DNA from: Octopus sinensis
Lineage: Eukaryota
Assembly: GCF_006345805.1 (NCBI RefSeq)
Contig: NW_021836214.1
Span: 1 to 29,970 of the forward strand
Length of the DNA: 29,970 bases
Direction of reading: 5' to 3'
The stretch's first letter is position 1. The number at the start of each line of letters is the position of its first letter. Below are positions 10,430 to 22,862 of the stretch, piece after piece. A program made the position numbers and the translations under genes. A model generated the notes under the pieces. It was given only the letters and a program-made list of their open reading frames with translations. It was not told the origin of the DNA and made no database searches.

Positions 10430-10481
10430 GATAGATAATAGATAGATATAGATAGATACATTGGTAGATAGATAGATGATG

Positions 10482-10518
<37 letters not shown>

Positions 10519-10796
10519 GTAGACAGATAAATAGATATGGATATATGTAAATATATATACACACATACAAACATACATATAATATATATACATATATTAT
10601 ATATGTGTGTGTAAATATACATACATATATAAACATCTATATATATACATAGATGTGTACGTAATCTATACTCACAAATACATGCATAATACACACACAC
10701 ATACACACACACACATATATATATATACAAATATATATGTCTATCTAGCTTTGTATGTATGTATGTATCTATCTATCTATCTATTTATATATCTTA

Positions 10797-10874
<78 letters not shown>

Positions 10875-10884
10875 ATATATATAT

Positions 10885-10915
<31 letters not shown>

Positions 10916-11060
10916 ACATACATAAACACACACACCAATATGGACGGAACACATTTCTACTCATGCTTTTGTAATGCGTATGTGTGAGGTCTCTATATTT
11001 GATCATGTGTGAAGCATATATATATTATATATCCACACAGACCGCATATATACATATGTA

Positions 11061-11130
<70 letters not shown>

Positions 11131-11389
11131 TATATTAATATATATAATATACATTAATATATATATATCTATATACATATATATATATTATATATATATA
11201 TTATATATATATATACAAAAGTTCACAACACGCATATACATGCGGGTGTGTGTACTTATATGTATATGAGTGTGTATGTACACATGTATATATCTATATA
11301 CATTTGTATTCAAGGTTTCATCATTTCGTTCGTATATATATTCGTCTCTTTCCCTATAACTCTCTCCGTTTCTCCTGTTATACACACTT

Positions 11390-11427
<38 letters not shown>

Positions 11428-11560
11428 ATTCACGGTCATACACACATTGACAGGCACATACCTACATACATATACGTATATGTGCACGTCTATATGTGTG
11501 CGTGTGAGTATGTAAATTTGTATGAATATGCACAACTTATGTTTGTGTGTGTGTGTGTAT
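9820..11560. repeat. Compound (AT)n/(GATA)n/(CA)n/(TATC)n microsatellite field
   Basis: Read directly; source of the many YI/HT/LSIY pseudo-ORFs. Confidence 0.9.
10269..10271 (+). CDS. Candidate 3-nt microexon (TAT)
   Basis: gtgttttttgtcttgcag|TAT|gtgagt, with a branch-like 'cttac' ~21 nt upstream; splice signals only. Confidence 0.3.
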
Positions 11561-11588
11561 TTGAGTGTGTGTGTTCCTGTGTGTCCAG

Positions 11589-11673
11589 GCGGCCTCGACT
11601 TTTGTCAGATCAGGAGTTCTAGACATTGACAAAAGAGTTTTGAGTGAAATAGCGCGGATCTCGCAGACCAGAA
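11589..11673 (+). CDS. Probable internal coding exon of an unidentified host gene (AASTFVRSGVLDIDKRVLSEIARISQTR)
   Basis: ttcctgtgtgtccag| acceptor, |gtaaga donor, 85 nt; only phase 0 is open; complex sequence amid microsatellites. Protein not recognised. Confidence 0.55.
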
Positions 11674-12065
11674 GTAAGACCCCCGGTATAATTAAGTGTT
11701 GGAGTAGGAAGACAGTGGGGGTAGGGATGGGGGAGATGTGGTATAGTGGGGGTGGGGAGGCGAACGAAGGAGGTGGCAAAAATGGCAAATAGAAAGAAAA
11801 GAAGTTGCGGTAGATGATGATGATGATGAGGAGGAGGAGGATGAGGAGGTGGAGGAAGGGGAAGGGGAGGAGGGGAAGTGTAGTAGGAGGAAGCAGAATT
11901 GCTGAAAATAGTGGTGGTGTTGATGGTGATGATAATAATGATAAAGGTAGTGGTAGTGGTGGTGGTGGTGGTGGTGATGGTGGTGGTGCGGATAAAGGAG
12001 ATTGCGATGGTGATGGTGGTGATTGTGGAGTCGCTGGTGGAGGAACAAAAGCGAGTTGAGCAGGA

Positions 12066-12099
12066 AGAACAGGAAGAAGAAGAAGAAGAAGAAGAAGAA

Positions 12100-12131
<32 letters not shown>

Positions 12132-12406
12132 AGAGAAGAAAAAGGAGAAGAAGAAGAAGGAGAAGGAGAAGGAGAAGAAAAAGGAGAAGAAGAAGAAGGA
12201 GAAGAAGAAGAAGAAGAAGAAGAAGAAAGGAGAAGAAAAAGGAGAAGAAGAAGAAGGAGAAGGAGAAGGAGAAGAAAAAGGAGAAGAAGAAGAAGGAGAA
12301 GAAGAAGAAGAAGAAGAAGAAGAAGAAGAAGAAGGAGGAGAAGAAGAAGAAGAAGAAGAAGAAGAAGAAGAAGAAGAAGAAGAAGAAGAAGAAGAAGAAG
12401 AAGAAG
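12066..12406 (+). repeat. ~340-bp polypurine (GAA/GGA)n tract
   Basis: Read directly; almost purine-only on the + strand. Confidence 0.95.
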
Positions 12407-13102
12407 CAACCACAAGAGCAACAACGATAGTAACACCAAAACAGAGTAAAGGCCAAAAGGTGAGGATGAAAGAAATATGTGCTTCTGGGTTTGTGTCTGG
12501 TAAAAACGTTTTGTTTCCACGGAAGAATTCACTGAATAAAAGACGAAGGTGTCTTTCTTCTGTGTTTGGTGAATATCAATGTACATTCTCTTCTGGCGCG
12601 TAAAGGTAAAATATTTTGTCCAGAATGTTGAAGAATTCACAATTTGAGCAGATAAGCTACTTCTGAAGAAATTTATACAAGGCTACTAGACCCGTCAAAA
12701 GTAGCAGTCAAATCTTACTCAACTTTCAGATGACTATCTTTTAAGCCAGTAAGAGTCAAGAGAGATATTTCTGCTGCTGTTTCTAGCAAATGAAATGACC
12801 ACAGTTTCAGACAACAAAATAAAAAATACAAAAAAATCTCCTCAAATAATGAAGCACTAATTCATTTTTCATTATAGGCGAACATATATATATATTCCAA
12901 GAAAGAGGTTGTGAATCCAACCAACTAAGGGATAATATCTATCCAATATACTGCTGGTATAATACCCAATTATTAAAACACAAGTGTTTTTTTATTGCAT
13001 TGCAATTACATTACCGAGTGGACTAAATGGGTGAAGGTAAAGAGATATTTTACCATTAATTTTTAGAGCAGTAAGAAAATGGAGGGGATCAATAGGGATA
13101 AA

Positions 13103-13271
13103 AAGCATGGTGTGTGGTAGGTAGCCTGCTTACCAACCACATGATCTCGGGTTCAGTCCCACTGCGTGGCATCTTGAGCAACTGCCTTCTTCTACGGTGC
13201 CGACCAAAGCCTTGTGAGTGGATTTGGTAGACGGAAACTGAAAGATTCCCGTCGTGTATATATAATATATA

Positions 13272-13311
<40 letters not shown>

Positions 13312-13534
13312 GTGTGTGTGTGTGTATGTATATGTTTTGTGCGTCTGTGATTGTCCTCCCACATCGCTTGACAACCGATGTTGGTGTGTTTTTGTCCACG
13401 TAACCAAGCGGTTCGGCAAAAGAGACCGATAGAATAAGTACTAGGCTACAAAAAATAAGTTCTGGTGTCGATTTGTTCGATTAAAAGGCGGTGCTCCAGT
13501 ATGACCGCAGTCAAATGACTGAAACACAACAAAG

Positions 13535-13535
<1 letters not shown>
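13103..13535 (+). mobile_element. Full-length SINE family A
   Basis: Co-linear with the 2290 and 23246 copies, including the internal (AT)n(GT)n. Confidence 0.9.
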
Positions 13536-13583
<48 letters not shown>

Positions 13584-13684
13584 AATATATTATAATACAT
13601 ATATATACGTATACGACATATATAATATATATATATATATATACGCGCATATAATTAGGTACATGTATATACATATACATACAT

Positions 13685-13727
<43 letters not shown>

Positions 13728-13739
13728 TATATTATATAT

Positions 13740-13775
<36 letters not shown>

Positions 13776-13920
13776 CGCATATATATATAGGTACATGTAT
13801 ATACATATACATACATATGCATATATATGTATGTTAATTACATATATATAATATATATAAATTAGATATTTATATACATATATATGTGTGTGTACGTATA
13901 TATGGAGGTATATATATATA

Positions 13921-13976
<56 letters not shown>

Positions 13977-14415
13977 AACGTGAACTATAATTACCACGTC
14001 GTAGGCAAGTTTAGCGTTATTGAAATTCAATAATCTTTACCTAATTATTTTTCTTTCTCAAGTTTCCGTTCGTTAGACACACCTCTTTTTCATTACATAC
14101 GTTAAAATCATTAACTGCCAGTTTAACTGAAGTTTATTCAAGAGAAAACTCAGAAAATATACGGAGAGCAAAAAAGAAAAAAAGCAACAACTGCATTACC
14201 ATCAGCAACACCACCACCACCACCACCACTAAGAAATGGCCTAAACACCACCGCTACCAACTTGAACAACGACAGCACGAATAACGCAATTAACGGCATA
14301 AAGTAAATGAAAGGATACACAATAGCAAAGACACAATATAAACGTGTGTATATATGTATATATATGTGTGTAAATGCGTATAATGTATTGATTTTTCTTT
14401 TATATATATATATGT

Positions 14416-14504
<89 letters not shown>

Positions 14505-14836
14505 ATAGGAGATATATTTATATGCACGGAGTTAACCGTGTGATTCATATATGAGAGCGTGTCGTAATTATGTGTCTGCGGCTTCGATTCAATTCCGTGG
14601 CACGTTGAGCAAGTGTCATATATTGTAAACTCGAGTCGGCTAATAACATGTAAGCGGGTAACAGAGCAGAAGCTTACATGTTTATATGTTTGTGTGTGGT
14701 GTGTGTGTGTGTGTGTGTAAAACAAACATAATTTTCTTATGGTTTCTTAAACATTCTCTAGAACAACACTAAGTACAAAACCAAATATATGGCACCCTAG
14801 GCATAACACCAACAGGAGCTTCCAACTTGTTGTCAC

Positions 14837-14914
<78 letters not shown>

Positions 14915-14942
14915 ATTATTATTATTATCATCATTATTATTA

Positions 14943-14979
<37 letters not shown>

Positions 14980-15015
14980 CATTATTGTTATTATTATTAT
15001 TATTATCATTATTAA

Positions 15016-15052
<37 letters not shown>

Positions 15053-15192
15053 GTTATTACTATTATTATTATTATCATCATCATCATCATTGTCATTATT
15101 ATTATTATTATTATCATTATTATTATCATCATCATCATCATCATCATTATTATTATTTTTATTATTATTATCATCATCATCATCATCATTAC

Positions 15193-15245
<53 letters not shown>

Positions 15246-15440
15246 ATTATTATTATTATTTTATTATCATTTTATTATTATTATTGTCATCATTATTATT
15301 ATTTATTATTATTATATATTATTATTATTATTATTATCATCATTATCATCACATCATCATCATATTATTATTATTATTAACATCATTACCATCATCATCA
15401 TCATTGTCGTCGTCGTTGTTGGTGTTGTTGTTATCATTAT
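14837..15440. repeat. ~600-bp (TTA)n/(TCA)n array
   Basis: Read directly; reads as (TAA)n downstream of the minus-strand RLE element. Confidence 0.95.
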
Positions 15441-15737
15441 ATGAGATCTCACAGCTTATTTTACTGGGTATGACGGAAAGTATCAGCCGTCGACATCCAG
15501 CAGACTAAGATGACACTTAGAATCCTGCGATGAATTCTTGCAGTTCTAAGCAATGCTGATTTTTGCAGGTGTTCTACCTTCACACTTGCACCGATCTTTT
15601 TCAACCATGCTGGTAGCTGTGTGGTAATGCTTTCAAGTACACCAATTACTATTGGCATCACGTCTACTCTCTTCATTGAACACAGCCTTCGTATTTCCAA
15701 CATTAAATCGTCGTAGTTGTTCTTCTTTCACATTGAT
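15441..15737 (-). mobile_element. 3' end (RLE C-terminus) of an R4/Dong-type retrotransposon
   Basis: NYDDLMLEIRRLCSMKRVDVMPIVIGVLESI...LQKSALLRTARIHRRIL resembles the KY.DL...IPIVIGALG...LQK..LLGTARILR pattern; tail runs into (TAA)n. Confidence 0.85.
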
Positions 15738-15884
15738 CAAGTTTATATATATAAGTTCAGCAAAATATAGATTCAGATGAATATGGTACTTAAGTTAAAG
15801 GCACCAGAATTTTGTATGGTATTATCCATATAAATCAAATGGGGTGCTTATAATCAAAATAAGCAACAAGTATATCCAAGGTAG

Positions 15885-15972
15885 AGTAGTACAATTGTTT
15901 CATGCTACTTCATTTTATTAAACACTGTAAGTATTACATCAGTTTTAAAATGTCGAGCAATCTTCAGCCACT
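15885..15972 (-). ncRNA. Type I hammerhead motif
   Basis: Minus strand AGTGG-CTGAAGA-TTGCT...AGCAT-GAAAC-AATT-GTA^CTACT; palindromic stem III ACAATTGT; first stem II pair mismatched. Confidence 0.6.
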
Positions 15973-16295
15973 TATTGTTGCTTATTTTGATTATATATAT
16001 GCACACATATATGCACAGAGATGGAAATAGATATATAGATAGACAGAGAGAGAGAAAGAGAAAGGGAGAGAAAGTGAGAGAGAGAAGAGAGGAGAAGAGA
16101 GCGGGAGAAGAGATAGATTGATAGATACATAAACAGATAGATATCCCCTTAAATCTTTTGTCGTGTTACAAAATATTCACTATTATTCACTGTGAATGAC
16201 GATTATTGTTTCTGATTTTAAATCGGTTTCCGTTATCAATTTGCCTGTATAAGACTATATGTATGTATATGTGTGCATGTTTGCCTGTATATATA

Positions 16296-16357
<62 letters not shown>

Positions 16358-16379
16358 TGAGAAATAGATTGATAGATAT

Positions 16380-16430
<51 letters not shown>

Positions 16431-16431
<1 letters not shown>

Positions 16432-16866
16432 GTTTCTTTATTGGCCACACAGGGCTGCACACAGATGGGACAAGTTACAAGGTAGAGCTTTTCTTTTGGG
16501 GGATGAAAAAAACAAAAAACAAAAGAAAAAAAGGGGTGGCGTAGGTTTTCGATCAAGAGGGATCGTAAAAGGGAAGAAAATAAAAAAAAATTTTAAAAAA
16601 TAAAATAAAAAATGAAAAAAAGAAAAGGAAAAGGAACAAAAGAAAAGAGAAATGAAAAAAGAAGAAAAAAGGGGAAAAAAGGGGAAGAGGGAAAAAAAAA
16701 CGATCAATAGGGATCGTGTATCACAGTGTTATGATATATGGTGTAAAGGGGGAAAGCAAGTAAGGTTTATGCGTGGGAAGAAAAGCCTACGAAAAAGACC
16801 ACGGTAACCTTGGTCAATATTGTTATATGTTACCACATTTGTTTGCAAGTGGGTAACCCTCTGTTT
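16431..16866 (-). mobile_element. Non-coding 3' end of a LINE-like element (possibly L1/Tx1-type)
   Basis: Minus strand ends '...ccctgtgtggccAATAAAgaaact' followed by an (ATCT)n tail; internal poly-pyrimidine stretch. Clade assignment is from recall only; no ORF. Confidence 0.45.
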
Positions 16867-16875
16867 TCAATTTCT

Positions 16876-16945
<70 letters not shown>

Positions 16946-17162
16946 CAGATAATGAGACGGGCAGATGTGCATATTGTTAGGCTTGGAGATTCAAGAACAC
17001 AATTCCATATAACTTCACGAGAAACAAACGAAAGTGACGTCTTCAAAGCCCTTTATATCTAGATGTTAGTCCATACAACAGCAGATATGGACTAGAAGTT
17101 GATAGATGAACAATGCAGTAAACGCTTTATAAAACTTTTGTGTTAGAGTGAACCGCTTACAT

Positions 17163-17440
17163 CAGGGGTTCTCAACCAACGTCCATATGCTCTTGGGTGT
17201 CTACATAAGATTTTTGATTTAATTTTATACACAATTCATCGCTCATACTTCCACAACACACAAAATATTTAAAAAAAATTTTATACAATTTATATAATTA
17301 TATAAAATAAATTTGTACGTTTCTATACAATTAAACAAGTAGGATGATTATTTTTAATACACATCAAATGTCTATGCAGATCCAATGGAGTAAAATAGGA
17401 ATTAATGTGTTCCATAGGGGAAAATGGTTAAGAACCACTG
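17163..17440. mobile_element. hAT (Charlie-like) MITE
   Basis: TIRs caggggttctcaacca / tggttaagaaccactg (14/16 match); right flank tgctagat fits a Charlie-type target; TSD not conserved. Confidence 0.7.
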
Positions 17441-17733
17441 TGCTAGATCTACGCTAGGCTTTCCTCCATTCTGTTGGATCGATGGATCAATGGAAGTCTT
17501 TAAAATTGGGCGATGACATTGCGTCTAATTTATGTTCTATGGAAAAAGCCAAATTATTTTATGTTATAAACTATCAAACGTTAACCTTGAGTGACAGATC
17601 GGCACTAAAAATACTACAAACAAGGCTTATGTTTCGAAACTGGTAGACAGCCAACTACACTTCATTTATTTCAGTGTTTCTTTTTCTTTAAAAAGTTTTG
17701 TTTGAGTTTTTATATGCACATGCATACATACAT

Positions 17734-17779
<46 letters not shown>

Positions 17780-17838
17780 TGACAGATAGATAGATACACA
17801 TGTATGTGTATATATATGCATATATATATATATATATA

Positions 17839-17874
<36 letters not shown>

Positions 17875-17944
17875 TTATGTATGTATGTATATATGTCTTT
17901 GTACAATTGCATCATTCGCTCTATTTCTATGTCGTCGATATTAT

Positions 17945-18130
17945 TGTTTTTGATGTGTTCAGTGGACTGCAGCCACGCTGGAGCACCGCCTTGACAGGTT
18001 TTAATCGAACACATTAAGTCCAGTATTTACTTAAGTTATGAGAACGTAAACAAACCAACGCTGGTTGTCAAGCGGTCGCGGGTATGTGGTGGGAAGAGAC
18101 AAGCCCGATGACACACCGATACAGCTTCCG
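17945..18130 (-). mobile_element. SINE family A 3' portion
   Basis: 'gactgcagccacgctggagcaccgcctt...aatcgaacac...ggttgtcaagcgg'. Confidence 0.7.
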
Positions 18131-18197
<67 letters not shown>

Positions 18198-18269
18198 GTG
18201 TTCATATATATATGTATGTATATGTGTATCTCTTAATACACAAATAAAGAAACTCTATCTACCAATGCA

Positions 18270-18502
18270 GTGTTCAGCACTCATTCTCGTCGTGTGACCG
18301 CGTGTGTACCGTTGGCGAATTTTTTCCTCTGTCTTCCCTTCCTTGGATCTTCCCTTTTCCTATGTTTCTGACGAAGGGGTTTCCGCTCGAAACGTTAAAT
18401 CCTCCTTCTTCCCTTCCTTCCTGATTGTCCAATAACACTATACTTGTTCCACGTCGTCGCGTTGTTGTGTTTTCTCTTTGTGTTTTCATGTTTGGATTAA
18501 CT
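18270..18502 (+). mobile_element. Penelope-pLTR-like repeat with a minimal hammerhead variant at 18364-18400
   Basis: gttt-CTGACGA-a-gggg...gctc-GAAAC-GTT^aaat; ends in (AT)n. Confidence 0.55.
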
Positions 18503-18510
18503 ATATATAC

Positions 18511-18553
<43 letters not shown>

Positions 18554-19223
18554 GTGTGTGTGTATATGTATGCATTATGTATATACACATACACACGCAA
18601 ACATATATACATGATATTTATATATACATATATATATATAATTTATGCAATTTTATGCATAGCACGTCTCCAATTCAGCCACAAGTTTGTGTGAGTGTAT
18701 ACCTAATTAATTGTGTGTTTTTTCACATTTATTTTCATTCTCATATTTTTTGTAAATATTAATTTGTGATATTCTCAATCTGATATGGAATATCTTAACT
18801 CTGTGTTATTATTTATTCATTATTTGTTTGTTTGTTTGTTTCTGTTCACAACACCCGACTGTGTTTTTAAACAACATATATTCAAAGGATCTTTTTACTC
18901 AAGGTCGCCATGAAGTCTGATTATAAAAAAGTTCAGTCTAACATTCCAACTGTAAAATAATCGTAACAATTCGTCATTGATTCTTACTTATGAGTTGACA
19001 TTGACTGCTTTCTTTGTTTGAAGAAATGATATTCTCTTTGTCTGTGTTTGGATGCCAGCATCGCTCGGGCATTAAAACTATCCACTCATACACACACACA
19101 CAAATTTAAGCATATCTACGCACACAAACAAAGGTATATATATATATATATATATACATATGTCTGTAATCTCTCTCTCTCTCTCTCCTCTCTCGCATTC
19201 TCTCCATCTCTCTCTCTTCCTCT

Positions 19224-19257
<34 letters not shown>

Positions 19258-19435
19258 TATATATATACGTACATATATATACTTATAGATAGCTTGTACT
19301 CTGCTTGTATTATGTATATATATGCTGAACACAGGGGACGATATCGATTTTACCACTCTTCACATCTGCTGGCATTGGGCCAAAAGAAAAAAAAAGAATT
19401 ACAGATCTGAAAATATACATACATACATATATACA

Positions 19436-19543
19436 AAAATACCCTGTTAATGTTGAAATTTCAATGAAGGAGCTTTGGGTCTAGGTTCGAAACCGGCTCT
19501 TTTGCTATTGGCAAGAAATCTTTAAATAAACCTGAATAGTGCC
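19436..19543 (+). repeat. ~110-bp repeat, copy 1, flanked by (TACA)n
   Basis: Co-linear with 20698-20805 ('aataccctgtt...gttgaaatt..aatgaag...ggtt.gaa.ccgg...aaataaac'). Confidence 0.75.
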
Positions 19544-19644
19544 ATACATACATACATACATACATACATACATACATACATACATACATACATACATACA
19601 TACATACATACATACATACATACATACATACATACATACATACA

Positions 19645-19968
19645 CGAGAAACTGTGCACAGTTGTGGAAAGTAGCTGCCCAGTGGATGTTAACTTAAAGT
19701 TGAAGATCAGTGAAAAAGAGAACATCTATACTGCACTACTGAGAAACCTGAAGTTCCTCTATCCAGATTACAAGTTCAGATTCATACTTGTAATTATTAG
19801 GGCGCTGTGATATGTAATACACTGCCTAAATATCAGAAAAGTGAAAGCTAATTCGAAGACTACAGATCCAATCCATCACTGAAACTGTAAAAATCTGTAA
19901 AACGTTCCTGAAGTTTATCATTTAAATATATATGAGCATGTCTAGGTATGCAACTATATGCATGAGAA
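19645..19968 (+). mobile_element. 3' end (RLE domain) of a second RLE non-LTR family, in (TACA)n
   Basis: EKLCTVVESSCPVDVNLKLKISEKENIYTALLRNLKFLYPDYKFRFILVIIRAL* then, after a deletion, KLIRRLQIQSITETVKICKTFLKFII*; RLE-like E.SCP...K.EK...Y and VIIGALG motifs. Confidence 0.75.
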
Positions 19969-20010
19969 TACATACATAAAACATACAAATATGCACATAC
20001 ATACATACAT

Positions 20011-20561
20011 GGTGGCTGCCCCCTCGTTATCGAGTATGGCCATTGCACGAAGCTTAATCAATGTTGTAATCGTGCAATACCTGTGCAAGAAGATTTTTTT
20101 TTAAGTGAGGAAAGGCTGTGCACTGAGTCAATCCCACTCACTAAGCAACAGCAGCCATAATCCGAAAAGAAGAACAAGTCAACATCATCGGTAACCACTG
20201 AGCCGCAGGTTTTATGTCGGAGTTATCCCAGTTACCTGAGTTACCTTCTCCTAGAAGGATGCCCTAACAAAGGCTAGGAGACCTTCACTCCCAATGGTTT
20301 AATCGCGCGATCGGGTATTCAGTCCGATTATTTCTATGTCCCCGCGCATGATACGCCCATAAAACATTATTGGATGGCCGTTGATTCTCAAGAGTTCCTC
20401 CGCCCTTTGACGGGTTTTGTTTTTCATCTCGCAGGGTGTCCAATAAACACCCTCCTCACCAAGCAAGCTTGGTGGGGTTGCCGTTTTAGTCGCCGACGAC
20501 CCGACCATGCAACAGGTTGTACTGGGTTACATGTTACCAGTAGCACTCGAAAGTGACCTGA
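20011..20561 (-). mobile_element. ~550-bp non-coding element with an RTE-like 5' UTR motif, flanked by (TACA)n
   Basis: Minus strand 'ctagcctttgttagggcatccttctaggagaaggtaactc' resembles an RTE-clade 5' UTR motif as recalled; GC-richer than the flanks. Confidence 0.45.
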
Positions 20562-20697
20562 CATACATACATACATACATACATACCTACATACATACAT
20601 ACATACACACATACATACATACACAGATACATACATACGTACGTACGTAGATACATACATACATACATACATACATACATGCTTACATACAAGCAAG

Positions 20698-20805
20698 AAT
20701 ACCCTGTTGTTGGTGTTGAAATTCTAATGAAGAAGTCTTGGATCCAGGTTAGAAGCCGGTCCTTTCTTAAATATCAAGACATCTTGAAATAAACTGAACA
20801 ATGAC
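20698..20805 (+). repeat. ~110-bp repeat, copy 2, flanked by (TACA)n
   Basis: Co-linear with 19436-19543. Confidence 0.75.
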
Positions 20806-22048
20806 ATACATGCACACATGCATATATGCAGATAAATATAGCTATATGTAGCCGTATATTTCATATTTACTGTATATAATCTTACGAAAGGCAATTTAAC
20901 TGCAGTGTTATTACGGATATAACATCTTTAACGATCGTCCTGTTCTTTTCAAAATTCAAATATGTCAGCAGTAGGCGAAAGTCGACTAACAGCTTGAGAA
21001 TACTACATATACACTTTTAGTTGCGTCTGTTAATGGCAACCACATGTCTAAAGAAAGGACCAGATTTTATTCAGCTAACAGAAACTTAATTGAAAATTCA
21101 CCATTTATTTATACTAGTATTGACTGATTTTGTCTTAGTATGCACTTATCAGTAGGTACATCCTACTGGCGAAGCCCAAACAAGACAGAAAAGCATACCA
21201 AGACTTCCCACCAGCGTTGCTACGCGATTTTCGTCTGCTACTGATGTAGATTTGTATTTTTAAACAATCTACGTCCTTAAAAGATATCTCCGAATGAATA
21301 CCGACGTTAATTTGCCTTTAGCGACTTATTTTGCATCGAGTATAATACAGAGATGGTTATATATAGTTATGCTTATTAACATATGTGTGTATATGTATGT
21401 GCCTGCATGCATCCACGTATACATACGTCACGTATGTGCGTGCATGAGTGTGTGTGTGTGTATGTGTGTGCTTGTGTGCGCGTAAGTTTGTCTGTGAAAC
21501 ACTGTATCTTTGTACGTGTAACAGCTGCCTTGACTAATCTGTAATATCAGCCATTTTAAACACATATGTATTGTTATATCCATTTCAGATTACTTACTTT
21601 CCTAAGAATTTACAATAGTATATATTACCATATATCATAGTATACATATTAATACACACACACGCACATACGCATATGCATACATACATGCATGCATGAA
21701 TGCGTGCATAAGTACTTACATACATACAAGCACGCATTCATACATACATACATACATACATACATACATACATACATACATACATACATGCATACATACA
21801 TACAAGTATATATGCATACATATATATAGATGTATGTGTGTAACTATATATATATAATATATATGTGTATATACGCACGACAGTGTATATTACTGTTTAT
21901 ATCACAGTGTATATATTACTGTGTATCAAATAATTTCAGTTGTATATTTTGGCTTCGTCGCTAATTTTCTACTCCACTGGGTAGTAAAATAGAAGTATAA
22001 CAAAGTATATACATCTGAGTAGGTGTGTGTGTGTTGTGTGTGTGTGTG

Positions 22049-22091
<43 letters not shown>

Positions 22092-22539
22092 TGTGTTTTG
22101 TATGTGTGGACGTGTGTATATGTGTGCGAACGTGTGCATGTTTTTGAAATACGATTCGATCAGAACTTCTAAATGTGCCCTTGGTTAGGTGTGTAGGCCA
22201 TTTACCTCAGAATTGGTTGTTTGTAAATAAACAAGCGCATGATGTATGCAATAAATTTCTTATCAAAACTTGCACTGAATACACACGCACACATGCACAG
22301 AGACACACACACACACACACCACACCACACCACACCACCTCACAGTATCCATTCACGGAGGGTCTCAAGGTTTGGGGAAAATCGAAGAGGGACGTGGAGG
22401 AAAAAAGCTGAGGGCCACTATCTCAAATTTGTCGCAAAAGCTGTAGTCAAAGCACACAGCTAAAATGTATGTTTGTGTGTGGTGTGTGTGTGTGTGTGTG
22501 TGTACACTCAAGCACACACACACACACATATATATAAGT

Positions 22540-22862
22540 ACGAACAAAATGAACCCCGTCCAATGGTCGGTGCTGAGTTGTCAAACATTTAAATCAAATT
22601 ATTTTTTGGGTCTCTTAAATATACTGCCTTTTGTGGCATTATTTCACGCCAACCGATATGCTAGCGCATACAAATGTACGTTCTCACGGCTTTATCGATT
22701 GCATTCTCACCTGGAATCGATTTTTATAATTTTTTCTAGACTTATACACGCCCTGATACCGTCGGTATCTACAAATCAAATGTGAGCGCAATCGGATGGA
22801 GGATGCCCGAGATCCTAGAAGACACACACACACACAGACAGAACGGATTTCATATAATAGAT
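22540..22862 (+). mobile_element. Possible non-autonomous Helitron/Helentron-like element with an internal (CA)n
   Basis: 'aaatgtgagcgcaatcggatgg...agacacacacacagacag...tttcatataatag' resembles the microsatellite-bearing 3' end of Lep1/DINE-like elements; by recall only. Confidence 0.35.

Noticed and set aside
10292-11622. YI/LSIY/HT-rich ORFs, also at 13.4-14.7, 17.8-19.4 and 27-28.7 kb
   Set aside because: Translations of (AT)n, (TATC)n and (CA)n microsatellites.
11537-12640. Long ORFs (367, 264, 254, 234 aa) over the GAA tract
   Set aside because: Homopolymeric L/S/F/E/K runs open on both strands because the repeat lacks stop codons. A + strand AAG|gtgagg donor at 12459 exists but has no matching acceptor.
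14827-15508. Poly-I/L/Y/N ORFs
   Set aside because: Translations of the (TTA)n array.
20480-20561. HDV-like ribozyme at the 5' end of the RTE-like element
   Set aside because: Expected from some RTE families, but I could not build the P1/P2/P3 nested pseudoknot from this copy.
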